A DNA stretch of 64,000 bases. Origin: an uncultured Gammaproteobacteria bacterium. Its GTDB lineage: Bacteria; Patescibacteriota; Patescibacteriia; Magasanikbacterales; GWA2-37-8. Both the position numbers and the translations under genes were made by a program. The notes beneath the pieces are model-generated. The model ran no database searches, had not been told where the DNA came from, and was given only the letters and a program-made list of their open reading frames with translations. Within the stretch, counting starts at the first letter, position 1. Every line of letters starts with the position of its first letter. The stretch covers positions 9,444 to 73,443 of the forward strand of contig CAZQUL010000002.1 of the NCBI GenBank assembly GCA_964596525.1, written 5' to 3'. Positions 51,399 through 59,890 of the stretch are shown piece after piece.

Positions 51399-51767
51399 TC
51401 AGCTCAGGTGTGCTTTTTCGTGCCCAACCAGATACCGGGCCTCGGCCATACGTTCGCGCAGCTTGGCTGCAAATCCCTTCGGGACCGATGTCCGCGGGAA
51501 TACGCCTTGCACGTACCCGACTCGGCCGCGGTTGAATATCTCCACGCCCGGCACGTCCTGGTGCACGGCACGCCCGTTCATGACCGCAAAAACGAATTCC
51601 GCGGGCGGCGTCCACTGGTGCGCCTCAGCATAATGAGGCGCCATGGCCGACACGTCATAGACGACTATCCGCGCTTCGTTCGGAAGGGCCAAACGGAGCG
51701 TTACATCAGTGGTTGAAAGAATCGGTCTCGAATCCGGCGAACAGAGCACGCAGATGTGAACATCCAT
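51399..51767 (-). CDS. Hypothetical protein with C-terminal HExxH motif (possible small metallohydrolase)
   Basis: RBS AAGGAG precedes the ATG at 51767. The C-terminus has LVGHEKAHLS, an HEXXH motif. A terminator hairpin lies at about 51361-51385. Confidence 0.5.
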   Translation of the reverse strand: MDVHICVLCSPDSRPILSTTDVTLRLALPNEARIVVYDVSAMAPHYAEAHQWTPPAEFVFAVMNGRAVHQDVPGVEIFNRGRVGYVQGVFPRTSVPKGFAAKLRERMAEARYLVGHEKAHLS

Positions 51768-51913
51768 ACCAATACTCCTTTCTCGCATACGATGTAGGCA
51801 GGGAACAATCCTAAATCTAACGCGCGCAGCGCCACCTGTCAATCCGGAAAAGAGAATAAAAAAACACGAAGATAAAATTGTCTTCGTGTTTTTCTTGCTA
51901 CGAATCTTTACAC

Positions 51914-53677
51914 CTAACCGCGACGCTCCGCAACTTCACGCACGACACGCGCCACAAAATCGTCTTTCAACACCACGAGCTTTTCCTCCTGGCCACGGAC
52001 TTTAACCGACCACGGCTCACCGGAAAGCTCCTTATCCCCCACCACAACGATGTAGGGAATTTTCTGCGCCGCAGCCTTGCGCACTTTATTGCCAATGGTT
52101 TCATTAGCTGCATCCACGCTGACACGGAGTCCTTTCAACATTAATTCTTGGGCAAGTTTATGCGCTGCCTCGACATGCTTTTCCGCTACCGGAGCGAGCT
52201 GAACCTGCACCGGGGCGAGCCAGACCGGAAAGGCGCCCGCGTAGTGTTCGATAAGAAACGCCATAATACGCTCAATCGCGCCGATTGACGAACGATGAAT
52301 GACGATCGGCCGTGCTTTTTTACCTTCCTTGTCGACGTATTCGAGATTGAAGCGATCCGGCATGCAGAAATCGTACTGCACCGTGAAGGCAGTGTTGTCT
52401 TTGCCACGAACGTCTTTCATCTGAATGTCGATCTTTGGACCGTAGAAAGCCGCTTCTTGAGGCGCTTCATAAAACCGACAGTCGCGCTCGGTTAATACCG
52501 AACGTAACACTTCCTCACCAGTATCCCAAGCCGCGTCGTTTTTATAGTATTTCTTATCGTCACTGCGATCGCCGAGCGAGAGGCGGTACCAGAAATTCTC
52601 ACCCTGCTTGAGACCGAAAACGCCAGCCACGTACTCAATAAGATCAAGAGCGCGTTTTACTTCTTCTTTAGCCTGGTCTTTATCGGCGCAGACAATATGC
52701 GCGTCAGCTAGGCAGAATCCGCGCACGCGCACGAGGCCAGTCAATTCACCCGAAGCTTCGTAGCGATAAAGCTTGGCGAGCTCGGCAATACGCAGGGGGA
52801 GTTCGCGGTAACTTTTAGGACTATCGGCATACACCTGAAAATGGTGCGGACAGGTCATGGGGCGCAGCATGTACTCCTCATCATCAATCTTGATCGGCGC
52901 GTACATGGAATCCTTGTAATACGGATAATGTCCCGACGTCTTATACAGATCGAGTTTTGCGATATCGGGGGTATACACGTGCGTATAGCCCCATGCCAGT
53001 TCGGTGTCAACAATGAAACGCTCGAGCACGCGGCGAACTGTGGCGCCATTCGGGAGCCAGATCGGGAGGCCAGAACCGACAAGTGGCGAGAAGGTAAAAA
53101 GGCCAAGGTCTTTACCGATTTTGCGGTGATCCCGCTTTTTGGCTTCTTCCTGCTGCGCGAGATATTTTTCAAGCTCTTCCGGGGTTGGAAAACAGGTGCC
53201 GTAAATGCGCGTCAACATTTTATTTTTCTCACTCCCCCGCCAATACGCACCGGCGAGCGAAAGCAGTTTAAAGTGTTGCAGGTCCTTGTCGGGCGTTTCA
53301 CTGTGTCCACCGCGGCATAAATCTGTGTATGAACCAGAGGTATACAGGGTCAGCGCCTGGCCCTCAGCGGAAAACTCATCGATTAACTCAATTTTATAGG
53401 GATTGTGAGCAAAAAAATCCCGAGCTTCCTGGGCGGAAACTTCTTTATGTTCAAAACCATGCCAATCTTTGACGATCTCATGCATCTTTTCTTCGATGCG
53501 TGGCAGATCCGTTTCGGCCACCTTGGTAGCGCCGAAATCAAAATCATAGTAAAAACCGTTTTCGATTGCCGGACCGATAGTGCGCTTCACGCCCGGGTAA
53601 AGCTCTTCAACGGCTGCCGCAAGAAGGTGTGCGCACGAATGGCGCAGATGTGATAATTCTTCGGGAGACATATGCAT
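51914..53677 (-). CDS. thrS: Threonyl-tRNA synthetase (lacking N-terminal TGS domain)
   Basis: Class II motifs, a zinc-binding editing/catalytic core (CAHLL, HRKIG, FCMPD) and an anticodon-binding C-terminus. 587 aa. Confidence 0.9.
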   Translation of the reverse strand: MHMSPEELSHLRHSCAHLLAAAVEELYPGVKRTIGPAIENGFYYDFDFGATKVAETDLPRIEEKMHEIVKDWHGFEHKEVSAQEARDFFAHNPYKIELIDEFSAEGQALTLYTSGSYTDLCRGGHSETPDKDLQHFKLLSLAGAYWRGSEKNKMLTRIYGTCFPTPEELEKYLAQQEEAKKRDHRKIGKDLGLFTFSPLVGSGLPIWLPNGATVRRVLERFIVDTELAWGYTHVYTPDIAKLDLYKTSGHYPYYKDSMYAPIKIDDEEYMLRPMTCPHHFQVYADSPKSYRELPLRIAELAKLYRYEASGELTGLVRVRGFCLADAHIVCADKDQAKEEVKRALDLIEYVAGVFGLKQGENFWYRLSLGDRSDDKKYYKNDAAWDTGEEVLRSVLTERDCRFYEAPQEAAFYGPKIDIQMKDVRGKDNTAFTVQYDFCMPDRFNLEYVDKEGKKARPIVIHRSSIGAIERIMAFLIEHYAGAFPVWLAPVQVQLAPVAEKHVEAAHKLAQELMLKGLRVSVDAANETIGNKVRKAAAQKIPYIVVVGDKELSGEPWSVKVRGQEEKLVVLKDDFVARVVREVAERRG

Positions 53678-53737
53678 AGTTAGGAATTAGGAACTGAGTA
53701 GTAAGATTAACCCCTACCCCTCACGTCCTACTGCCTA

Positions 53738-53792
53738 AAATTAAAAAACCCGATATGCCCTTTGCACGCTTTGGCACAAGGCATATCGGGGT
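53738..53792 (-). terminator. Intrinsic terminator in the thrS leader (T-box expression platform)
   Basis: On the minus strand, cccgatatgcc...ggcatatcggg forms an 11-bp stem followed by ttttttaatttt. Its 5' arm overlaps the predicted antiterminator. Confidence 0.55.
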
Positions 53793-53927
53793 CTTTCTGC
53801 GTGCGCAGAACGACGGTTCCACCCGATGTTTCACTTGAGTTGAATTGGAGGCACTAACCGAGTGGTACCATATTCCGCACTCGCGAAACTGGGCTGGTTC
53901 GGCTATGCGTGCCTAAAGAACTGATTA
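53793..53927 (-). promoter_or_regulatory. Putative T-box riboswitch leader regulating thrS
   Basis: The minus strand contains aaacaucGGGUGGAACCGUCG, which matches the T-box consensus AGGGUGGNACCGCG at 11 of 13 positions and includes a UGGA bulge. AUCGGG can pair with the downstream CCCGAU to form an antiterminator. A Stem-I-like helix (aggcac...gugccu) encloses ACC-A threonine specifier candidates. A TTGACG-17-TATACT promoter lies upstream at 53934-53962. Confidence 0.5.
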
Positions 53928-53933
53928 TCAATC

Positions 53934-53962
53934 AGTATAGAAAACCGAGCTCATGACGTCAA
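53934..53962 (-). promoter_or_regulatory. Sigma70-like promoter for the thrS leader (TTGACG-17-TATACT)
   Basis: On the minus strand: ttgacg tcatgagctcggttttc tatact. Confidence 0.45.
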
Positions 53963-54004
53963 GTAAAAACTCAGCGCCCCCTCCCTGGAAGCGCTGAATA
54001 TGTG

Positions 54005-55159
54005 CTAGTCTTTGACGTTTTTGACGATCACTTTAATTTTTTCCGGCAATGTAGGAGCAGTACGCATCAGGAAATCCGGCGAGAATTTGACGTCGACGCC
54101 GGCGACATAGCTGAGGCGGCGGATCGTTTCTTCAATAACTGCTTTGCTTTTACCTGTAAATTGCGACGTGTTGAGAGACGGTGATTCAGGGTCGAGGGTG
54201 ACCATGCCTTCTTCGGAAACGGCGAGCTGAGCGGTTTTTGTTTGAGCGTCGAAGGATACGACAGACAAGCGCGGGTTCTGCGGCAGAGCGCTCAGCACTT
54301 TGACGGCCGACGTGCCGGTCTGACGGCGAACCTCTTCTTCAAAAAGACGCTTTAAGTCACTTTCACGATAAGTGACAATAAGGATTGTCGTTGTGCCGGT
54401 AAGAGAAAATTCTTTGGTTTCAGCACCAACCGCTACGCTTGGAACGGATTTTGTTTCAGAGGCAACTATAAGAGTTTTAAACCCTTCAGGAAGATTGGCG
54501 CCAACGCCGCGTTCCAAAAAGGCATCTTTGGCTTTCTCCTGAAAATCAGCATGAGCACCAGCAATATCTTCGGCACTCACGACACCGACATTGCTCGAAC
54601 CGCCAGTCATCGGTTTAGTGCTCACTGCATACACAACTTTCTGAAGTTCGGGAGAAAGCGCAGGAAGTTTAAACTGGCTAGGCGCAATATCGCTGTCTTT
54701 ACCCGGTGCGTCAGCGTAGACTTCGGTGGTTAAGCTGCCGCCAGCCGGAATATCAACGCGTTCAGGCAAACGGAAGGTAATGCCAGCTTCGGTCTGAAAG
54801 CGAGTCTTGGGGATAAGACCCATCGGTTGGTCGCTCTTATTATAGATGGTAAGTTCACCTTTGGCTGTACCTTCAACGGTTTTGGTGCCGACCGGCGCGT
54901 AAGATTTGGCGTAACCGAACTGTGTGAGAGCAACGGTGCCCTGAATGACACCCGCCGCCGCTTCTTCTTGCACGGTAGCGTTAAAGGAAAAGTCTTTTTT
55001 CTCTTCGCGCGCGATAACGGTAATGGTGGCGCGACGAGTGCTCAGGTAGAGCACGGCCGAGAGAAGTGAAACCGTAATAACCAAAAACGCCACGGCGATA
55101 AGACGGTAAAAACGCACGGGCGATTCGGGGTGTGGAGTTGAAAAGCGACGCGTCATCAT
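54005..55159 (-). CDS. Hypothetical N-terminally membrane-anchored extracellular protein
   Basis: TM helix LIAVAFLVITVSLLSAVLYL, then about 340 aa of Thr/Val-rich beta-type sequence. Followed by the hairpin terminator cagcgc...gcgctg. Confidence 0.55.
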   Translation of the reverse strand: MMTRRFSTPHPESPVRFYRLIAVAFLVITVSLLSAVLYLSTRRATITVIAREEKKDFSFNATVQEEAAAGVIQGTVALTQFGYAKSYAPVGTKTVEGTAKGELTIYNKSDQPMGLIPKTRFQTEAGITFRLPERVDIPAGGSLTTEVYADAPGKDSDIAPSQFKLPALSPELQKVVYAVSTKPMTGGSSNVGVVSAEDIAGAHADFQEKAKDAFLERGVGANLPEGFKTLIVASETKSVPSVAVGAETKEFSLTGTTTILIVTYRESDLKRLFEEEVRRQTGTSAVKVLSALPQNPRLSVVSFDAQTKTAQLAVSEEGMVTLDPESPSLNTSQFTGKSKAVIEETIRRLSYVAGVDVKFSPDFLMRTAPTLPEKIKVIVKNVKD

Positions 55160-55287
55160 AAAAGGGCGATGGAAAAAAGAAGAGGAAGAAAAATGGTGGC
55201 TCTAGTATACCATATTTTCCGTCAAGGGATATGTTGTGCACAAAATTTACACGCGATCTAAACGACCACTGACTTGCAGCGTAATTC

Positions 55288-57027
55288 TTATTCCGTCACA
55301 CGGAACACTTCCTCAACTGTGGTGAGTTGTTCGAGCGCTTTAAGAACGCCATCTTGTGCCATAGTAACCATCCCTTCTTTAACCGCGAGTTCTTGGATAA
55401 CGTATTCCGAAACTTGGCTTGAAAGAATGATCTGTTCGATATCTTTATTCATGATGAAAATTTCGTAGATGCCGATACGCCCTTTGTAGCCAAGACCACT
55501 GCAGGCATTACAACCGCGGCCACGGTAAAAGGTGAGATTGCCAAAATCGATATGTTGGCGCTCCTCGGAGGGAAGCGCCTGAAGCAAGGTACGCACGCGT
55601 TCGAGCTGCTCGGAGGGAACCTGAAAAGGTTCTTTGCACGAAGCGCAGATGCGGCGCACCAAACGCTGGCCGATGACAGAGTTGAGTGCCGGAGCCAGAA
55701 GGAAAGGTTTGACGCCCATGGATAAAAAACGGGGAATGGCACCCGACGCGCTGTTGGTATGGATAGTGGAAAGCATGAGGTGCCCAGTAAGCGCCATTTG
55801 GATGGCGATTTCGGCGGTTTCGAGGTCGCGGATTTCACCGACCATGCAGATGTCGGGGTCTTGGCGCAAAATACTCCTTAAGCCTTTGGCAAAAGTATAG
55901 CCTTTGGCCAAATCGATTTGGCTTTGGTTAATGCCTTCCATCTTGATTTCGACCGGATCTTCGAGGGTGATGATTTTGACACCAGGCTTATTGAGCGTGC
56001 GCAAAATGGCATAGAGCGTGGTGGTTTTACCGCTACCCGTGGGACCAGTGGTGATGATCATGCCGTTAGGACGCATGATTTCGCGGCGCAGACGTTCGCG
56101 CACAGCGCCGCGCAAGCCTAAATCATCAAAGGTGACGCCTTTGTTGCCGCTATGCAAGATACGCATTACGACCGATTCACCGTAGGTGGTAGGAATGGTG
56201 GACACACGCACGTCGAGGCTGCCGGAGGAAAGTTTGAGCGTCACGCGACCGTCTTGCGGCTTGTCGATGATGTTGATCTTGAGCGCAGCGAGAAGTTTGA
56301 TGCGCGAAACGAACTGACGCCATTTTTCGCGAGGTAAATCCCCTACTTCATGCAATACACCATCGATACGGTAACGCACGGCAATCCCCTTTTCTTCGGC
56401 TTCAACGTGGATATCGGACGAATTGACGCTTAAAGCCGAAGCGACGATGAGGGTAAGCACATCGCTCATGGAAACATTCTTGAACCCTTCAGCAATGCCG
56501 GAAAGATTTTCGACACCTACTTTGAAACGGGCGATTTCTTCATCGGTAATGTTGATGTCTTTGGATACCGGCTTGACGATCGGCAAGTTGGCGTAGAGCT
56601 TAAGAACGCGTTCCAAACTGTGCTCGGAAATAAGATACAGCTTGGTTTCGGCATTAAAACGCTCGCCAGCCTGATATACCTGCTCGTCAACGTTGGACGT
56701 TTTTTCTACCGCCGCAAAACGAAGCTGGTCCGGGGCGAAATAAAAACACACCACTTTGTCGCGGCGGGCAACGTCTTCGGGAATGACACGCAGCGCTTCG
56801 GATGATACCGGAAAAACAGCGAGATCAATATACGGGAGCCCAAGCTGCATGGCCCGCGTTGCCGTGGCTTGTTCTTTGGATTTAAGGTCAATCTCTTTCA
56901 TTTTTTGATCAAACTTCCCCTGTACACTCCGGTAGTCGGGCCGCGTCGAAGGCGCAGAAGCTCCCGGCGAAGCAGGAGTAGCCGATTTTTTGAGCAGTTC
57001 ATTAATGGATTGATAGGAGGAAGGCAT
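55288..57027 (-). CDS. pilB: Type IV pilus assembly ATPase PilB / GspE-family secretion ATPase
   Basis: Walker A GPTGSGKTT, Asp box, Walker B (DICMVGEIRD) and a tetracysteine motif CASCKEPF...CNAC. Confidence 0.85.
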   Translation of the reverse strand: MPSSYQSINELLKKSATPASPGASAPSTRPDYRSVQGKFDQKMKEIDLKSKEQATATRAMQLGLPYIDLAVFPVSSEALRVIPEDVARRDKVVCFYFAPDQLRFAAVEKTSNVDEQVYQAGERFNAETKLYLISEHSLERVLKLYANLPIVKPVSKDINITDEEIARFKVGVENLSGIAEGFKNVSMSDVLTLIVASALSVNSSDIHVEAEEKGIAVRYRIDGVLHEVGDLPREKWRQFVSRIKLLAALKINIIDKPQDGRVTLKLSSGSLDVRVSTIPTTYGESVVMRILHSGNKGVTFDDLGLRGAVRERLRREIMRPNGMIITTGPTGSGKTTTLYAILRTLNKPGVKIITLEDPVEIKMEGINQSQIDLAKGYTFAKGLRSILRQDPDICMVGEIRDLETAEIAIQMALTGHLMLSTIHTNSASGAIPRFLSMGVKPFLLAPALNSVIGQRLVRRICASCKEPFQVPSEQLERVRTLLQALPSEERQHIDFGNLTFYRGRGCNACSGLGYKGRIGIYEIFIMNKDIEQIILSSQVSEYVIQELAVKEGMVTMAQDGVLKALEQLTTVEEVFRVTE

Positions 57028-57074
57028 ACGAGGAGACAGGCGATATGAGAAGAGCAGCCAAAGGAGGAACGTGT

Positions 57075-58046
57075 TTAGAACGAGAAGTGCTCGAGGGCAT
57101 GACGCACGCGGCTTTTAATACCACGGCGGCGCAGATGCAAATAGCAATACATCCAACCATTGACGATAAAAGCATTAAACAGCCCGCTGGTTATGGCGAC
57201 CAGCATAATGAACAAGACTGCCGCTAGCACAAAGCCAAGCATGGCAACGAACGGCTGATCACCGAACCCACCCATAAGCATAAGAAGCGATGCGGGGATA
57301 ACCACCAGGTATGCACCAAACGTCAAGACAGCTACTAAAAGAAGCGTAGCGGCCACAAAGATGACAGAAAGTTCGAGAGCAACCAAAGGATTAGCCAGAA
57401 CCAGCGCCAAACCTTCAATATAAGCCGGCAGCACCTTTAAACCACGGTCAACAATGAAGCCAACAGCGAACACACGGCCAACAGCGAAAAGCATGGCAAC
57501 GAGTACAGCAATCATCACCGCCGCAAAACGACCGGCATACCCGGCAGCCGTAAAAGGCATCACATACCATATGCCGACCGTCAAATAAAGCATGAGACAG
57601 CAGATGGTTTTTTCGATAAGCATGACGCCTAAAAGCGACCAGAAACGTTCCACTCCCTTAAACCACGCTTTGGAAAGAGGCAGGAGCGTTTTGGAACGGA
57701 AGTACGCAAGCGCCACTGCCACAAGCGAGCCTTCGGCCACTACACCAGCCACAACGACCGTAAAAGCCAGTGCCAAAAAAATAAGCATGAGCCAGCTGGT
57801 TCCAAGCGTGGCGACTAAAGAATCCGGCGATGTGGTGCCCCATGACAGCGGCAACCACCACAATTCTTGTACAAGTGACGGCGTGGTAAGGAAGGTCCAC
57901 AACCGACCGATAAAATTGGCCGCACCGAACTGGCCCAAAATGACGGCAATAAGACCGAGCAGCCACAAACTTTTGTGTTTGAACAAGAGACTCCACGAAT
58001 GAGCAAGCGCTTGGCGGTACGTGGGGTCAAGAGATTGTTGTGGCAT
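57075..58046 (-). CDS. Hypothetical polytopic membrane protein
   Basis: About 8 predicted TM helices. No catalytic motifs recognised. Confidence 0.6.
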   Translation of the reverse strand: MPQQSLDPTYRQALAHSWSLLFKHKSLWLLGLIAVILGQFGAANFIGRLWTFLTTPSLVQELWWLPLSWGTTSPDSLVATLGTSWLMLIFLALAFTVVVAGVVAEGSLVAVALAYFRSKTLLPLSKAWFKGVERFWSLLGVMLIEKTICCLMLYLTVGIWYVMPFTAAGYAGRFAAVMIAVLVAMLFAVGRVFAVGFIVDRGLKVLPAYIEGLALVLANPLVALELSVIFVAATLLLVAVLTFGAYLVVIPASLLMLMGGFGDQPFVAMLGFVLAAVLFIMLVAITSGLFNAFIVNGWMYCYLHLRRRGIKSRVRHALEHFSF

Positions 58047-58171
58047 ACGTTAAAAGAAACGAAGAACTAAACGTAAAGTATATATAGTATACCACAATGC
58101 ACTACACCATCTGCTGAAATTGAAAACGCCGGCTACAGAGTAGTCGGCGTCACGTCAGGGAGACGTGGCAG

Positions 58172-58834
58172 TTAGCGACGGGCGCGCTTGGTGCGCATCG
58201 AGGCCTTGGCAGGCTGCGGGCGCTTGGCGACCGTGGCTTTCTTGGTCGGCGGGGTGCGGACGATGGCGGGCTTCTTGGCACGCTTGGGCTTGGGATCGGG
58301 GTCAAGCTTGGTGGTGCATGGAACCTCGTCGACAGGAGCATCTACATCGTAGACGAATCGGTAGACGTCGTCGCGGTAGGAGTGGAGGAACTCCGCCTTG
58401 CGTGGCGGGATTACCCCCTTCACACACCCTAGGCTCTGGTTGTATTGAGTACCGGTCTTTGCCATCTCGCAGTAGTACTCGTTTAGCCAGGCAGTCTGCG
58501 TGGCCGCTCGCGGCCGGATGCGCAGGTGGCCACCTGGGCACGCGATAAGCAGCTCCCAGCCGTAGGTCTCCACTTCGACCGTGCCGAGCGGACGCCGCAT
58601 CAGCGGGTTGATACTGAGTGACTTAGACGGCAGATCGCGCTTAGGCGCCTCGGGTGGGAGGCAGGTGTAGATGGTGGTATTTTTGACGGGATCGTACTCC
58701 TTTTTGGCAACGCGCGTGCCGTCAGCGCAGTGATCAGTGATGACGGTCGTCGCGGTCACAGCACCGTGCGCCGCTGCCGGACCGGCCACCAAAGCCGCAA
58801 CCAGGGCGAGAAAAACGGTTCTTGCAAGGAACAT
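58172..58834 (-). CDS. Secreted Cys-containing protein with basic C-terminal tail; GC-rich gene
   Basis: Signal peptide MFLARTVFLALVAALVAGPAAAHG. 8 Cys. C-terminus KPKRAKKPAIVRTPPTKKATVAKRPQPAKASMRTKRARR. Gene GC content of about 62% is well above the local norm. Confidence 0.55.
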   Translation of the reverse strand: MFLARTVFLALVAALVAGPAAAHGAVTATTVITDHCADGTRVAKKEYDPVKNTTIYTCLPPEAPKRDLPSKSLSINPLMRRPLGTVEVETYGWELLIACPGGHLRIRPRAATQTAWLNEYYCEMAKTGTQYNQSLGCVKGVIPPRKAEFLHSYRDDVYRFVYDVDAPVDEVPCTTKLDPDPKPKRAKKPAIVRTPPTKKATVAKRPQPAKASMRTKRARR

Positions 58835-58966
58835 GAAACACCTCCGGGTGGAAAGTTCGGAACGTTACGGAACAAACTATAGTATCAAAAAAATAAGGTT
58901 TTGTCAAGATATGGTGAGATGTGTGCTAATAAAAAAAGCAGCCATTACTGGCCACTTTAGCGGGAA

Positions 58967-59566
58967 TTATCCACCCAACCGTTCGAGCGTACCCTTAAAA
59001 AGGATGGTGCGCTCGTACCGGTCGTCGACCCGGCGAACAAAGCAATCAGTCGCGTTCTCGGGAGAAAGCAGGCGCTCGGGCAGGTCTGAGACGGGAAATT
59101 CCGGATGAGCGTCTTCGAATGTGCGACAAAGCGGTAGTGCCGCCGCACTACGGCGAAAGAGAGCGATTTCGTAGGTGGCAAGCGATAGGGGTTGCCCCTT
59201 TTCGTTGGTAAAAACCTCGCGATAGACGCACTCTGTGCTGCGCGGCTCAGGGCACTCCCGTACGTAATCGAAAACCGCCGTGGCGGGAATGCAGTAGAAA
59301 TAATCAAGAGTCCCCGCACCTTCATCAGTTTCTTCTGCCTGCCAAATCGGCTTAAAACCAGGCTTGCAGCTCAGATTCACCGCGGTATGGATGCCGTCAT
59401 TCTTCTTTTTGTAGCGTGCCACGAAACTGACCGTGGTCAGCTCTCCATGTGGTCGCACTGCAGCCACCGGATCTGGGATGTCAGACTTTTTCTTCTTTTT
59501 TCCTTCTGAAAACACGGGGAAAAGGGTGAGAAGCGCCAGAGCGCAGAGCGCCGCAAAGTTACGCAT
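58967..59566 (-). CDS. Secreted Cys-containing hypothetical protein
   Basis: Strong RBS AAGGAGGA precedes the ATG at 59566. Signal peptide MRNFAALCALALLTLFPVFSEG. 7 Cys. Confidence 0.6.
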   Translation of the reverse strand: MRNFAALCALALLTLFPVFSEGKKKKKSDIPDPVAAVRPHGELTTVSFVARYKKKNDGIHTAVNLSCKPGFKPIWQAEETDEGAGTLDYFYCIPATAVFDYVRECPEPRSTECVYREVFTNEKGQPLSLATYEIALFRRSAAALPLCRTFEDAHPEFPVSDLPERLLSPENATDCFVRRVDDRYERTILFKGTLERLGG

Positions 59567-59732
59567 GAGGCTTTCCTCCTTAATATAGAGTAAGGTTCTA
59601 AGGGCACTGTACTGTGGGAATGGAGAGTGGTCAACATAAAAAAGCTTAACAAGTACCAAAAAACAGTGCATAACCTGTTAATAAACGTACGCTTGACACA
59701 CAGATAAAATAATGATAATATTTTTTGTTACT

Positions 59733-59793
59733 TGAATGCATGATCTGTCATTGGTTGCAGGTTTAGGTCTCTAACCACCGACAGATCATGATT
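59733..59793. promoter_or_regulatory. Long imperfect palindrome (about 22-bp arms) in the divergent promoter region
   Basis: aatgcatgatctgtcattggttg and caaccaccgacagatcatgatt form an inverted repeat around a spacer of about 14 nt. Lies between a minus-strand secreted-protein gene and the plus-strand GC-rich gene. Confidence 0.4.
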
Positions 59794-59890
59794 GCAGCTC
59801 ATTACAACCCAAGCTAAGCAACCATGACCTGCGTGACGCGCGAGTGCGCGGCACATGCCTTGCGTTTGAAACTTTTTGGAGGGATTCACC

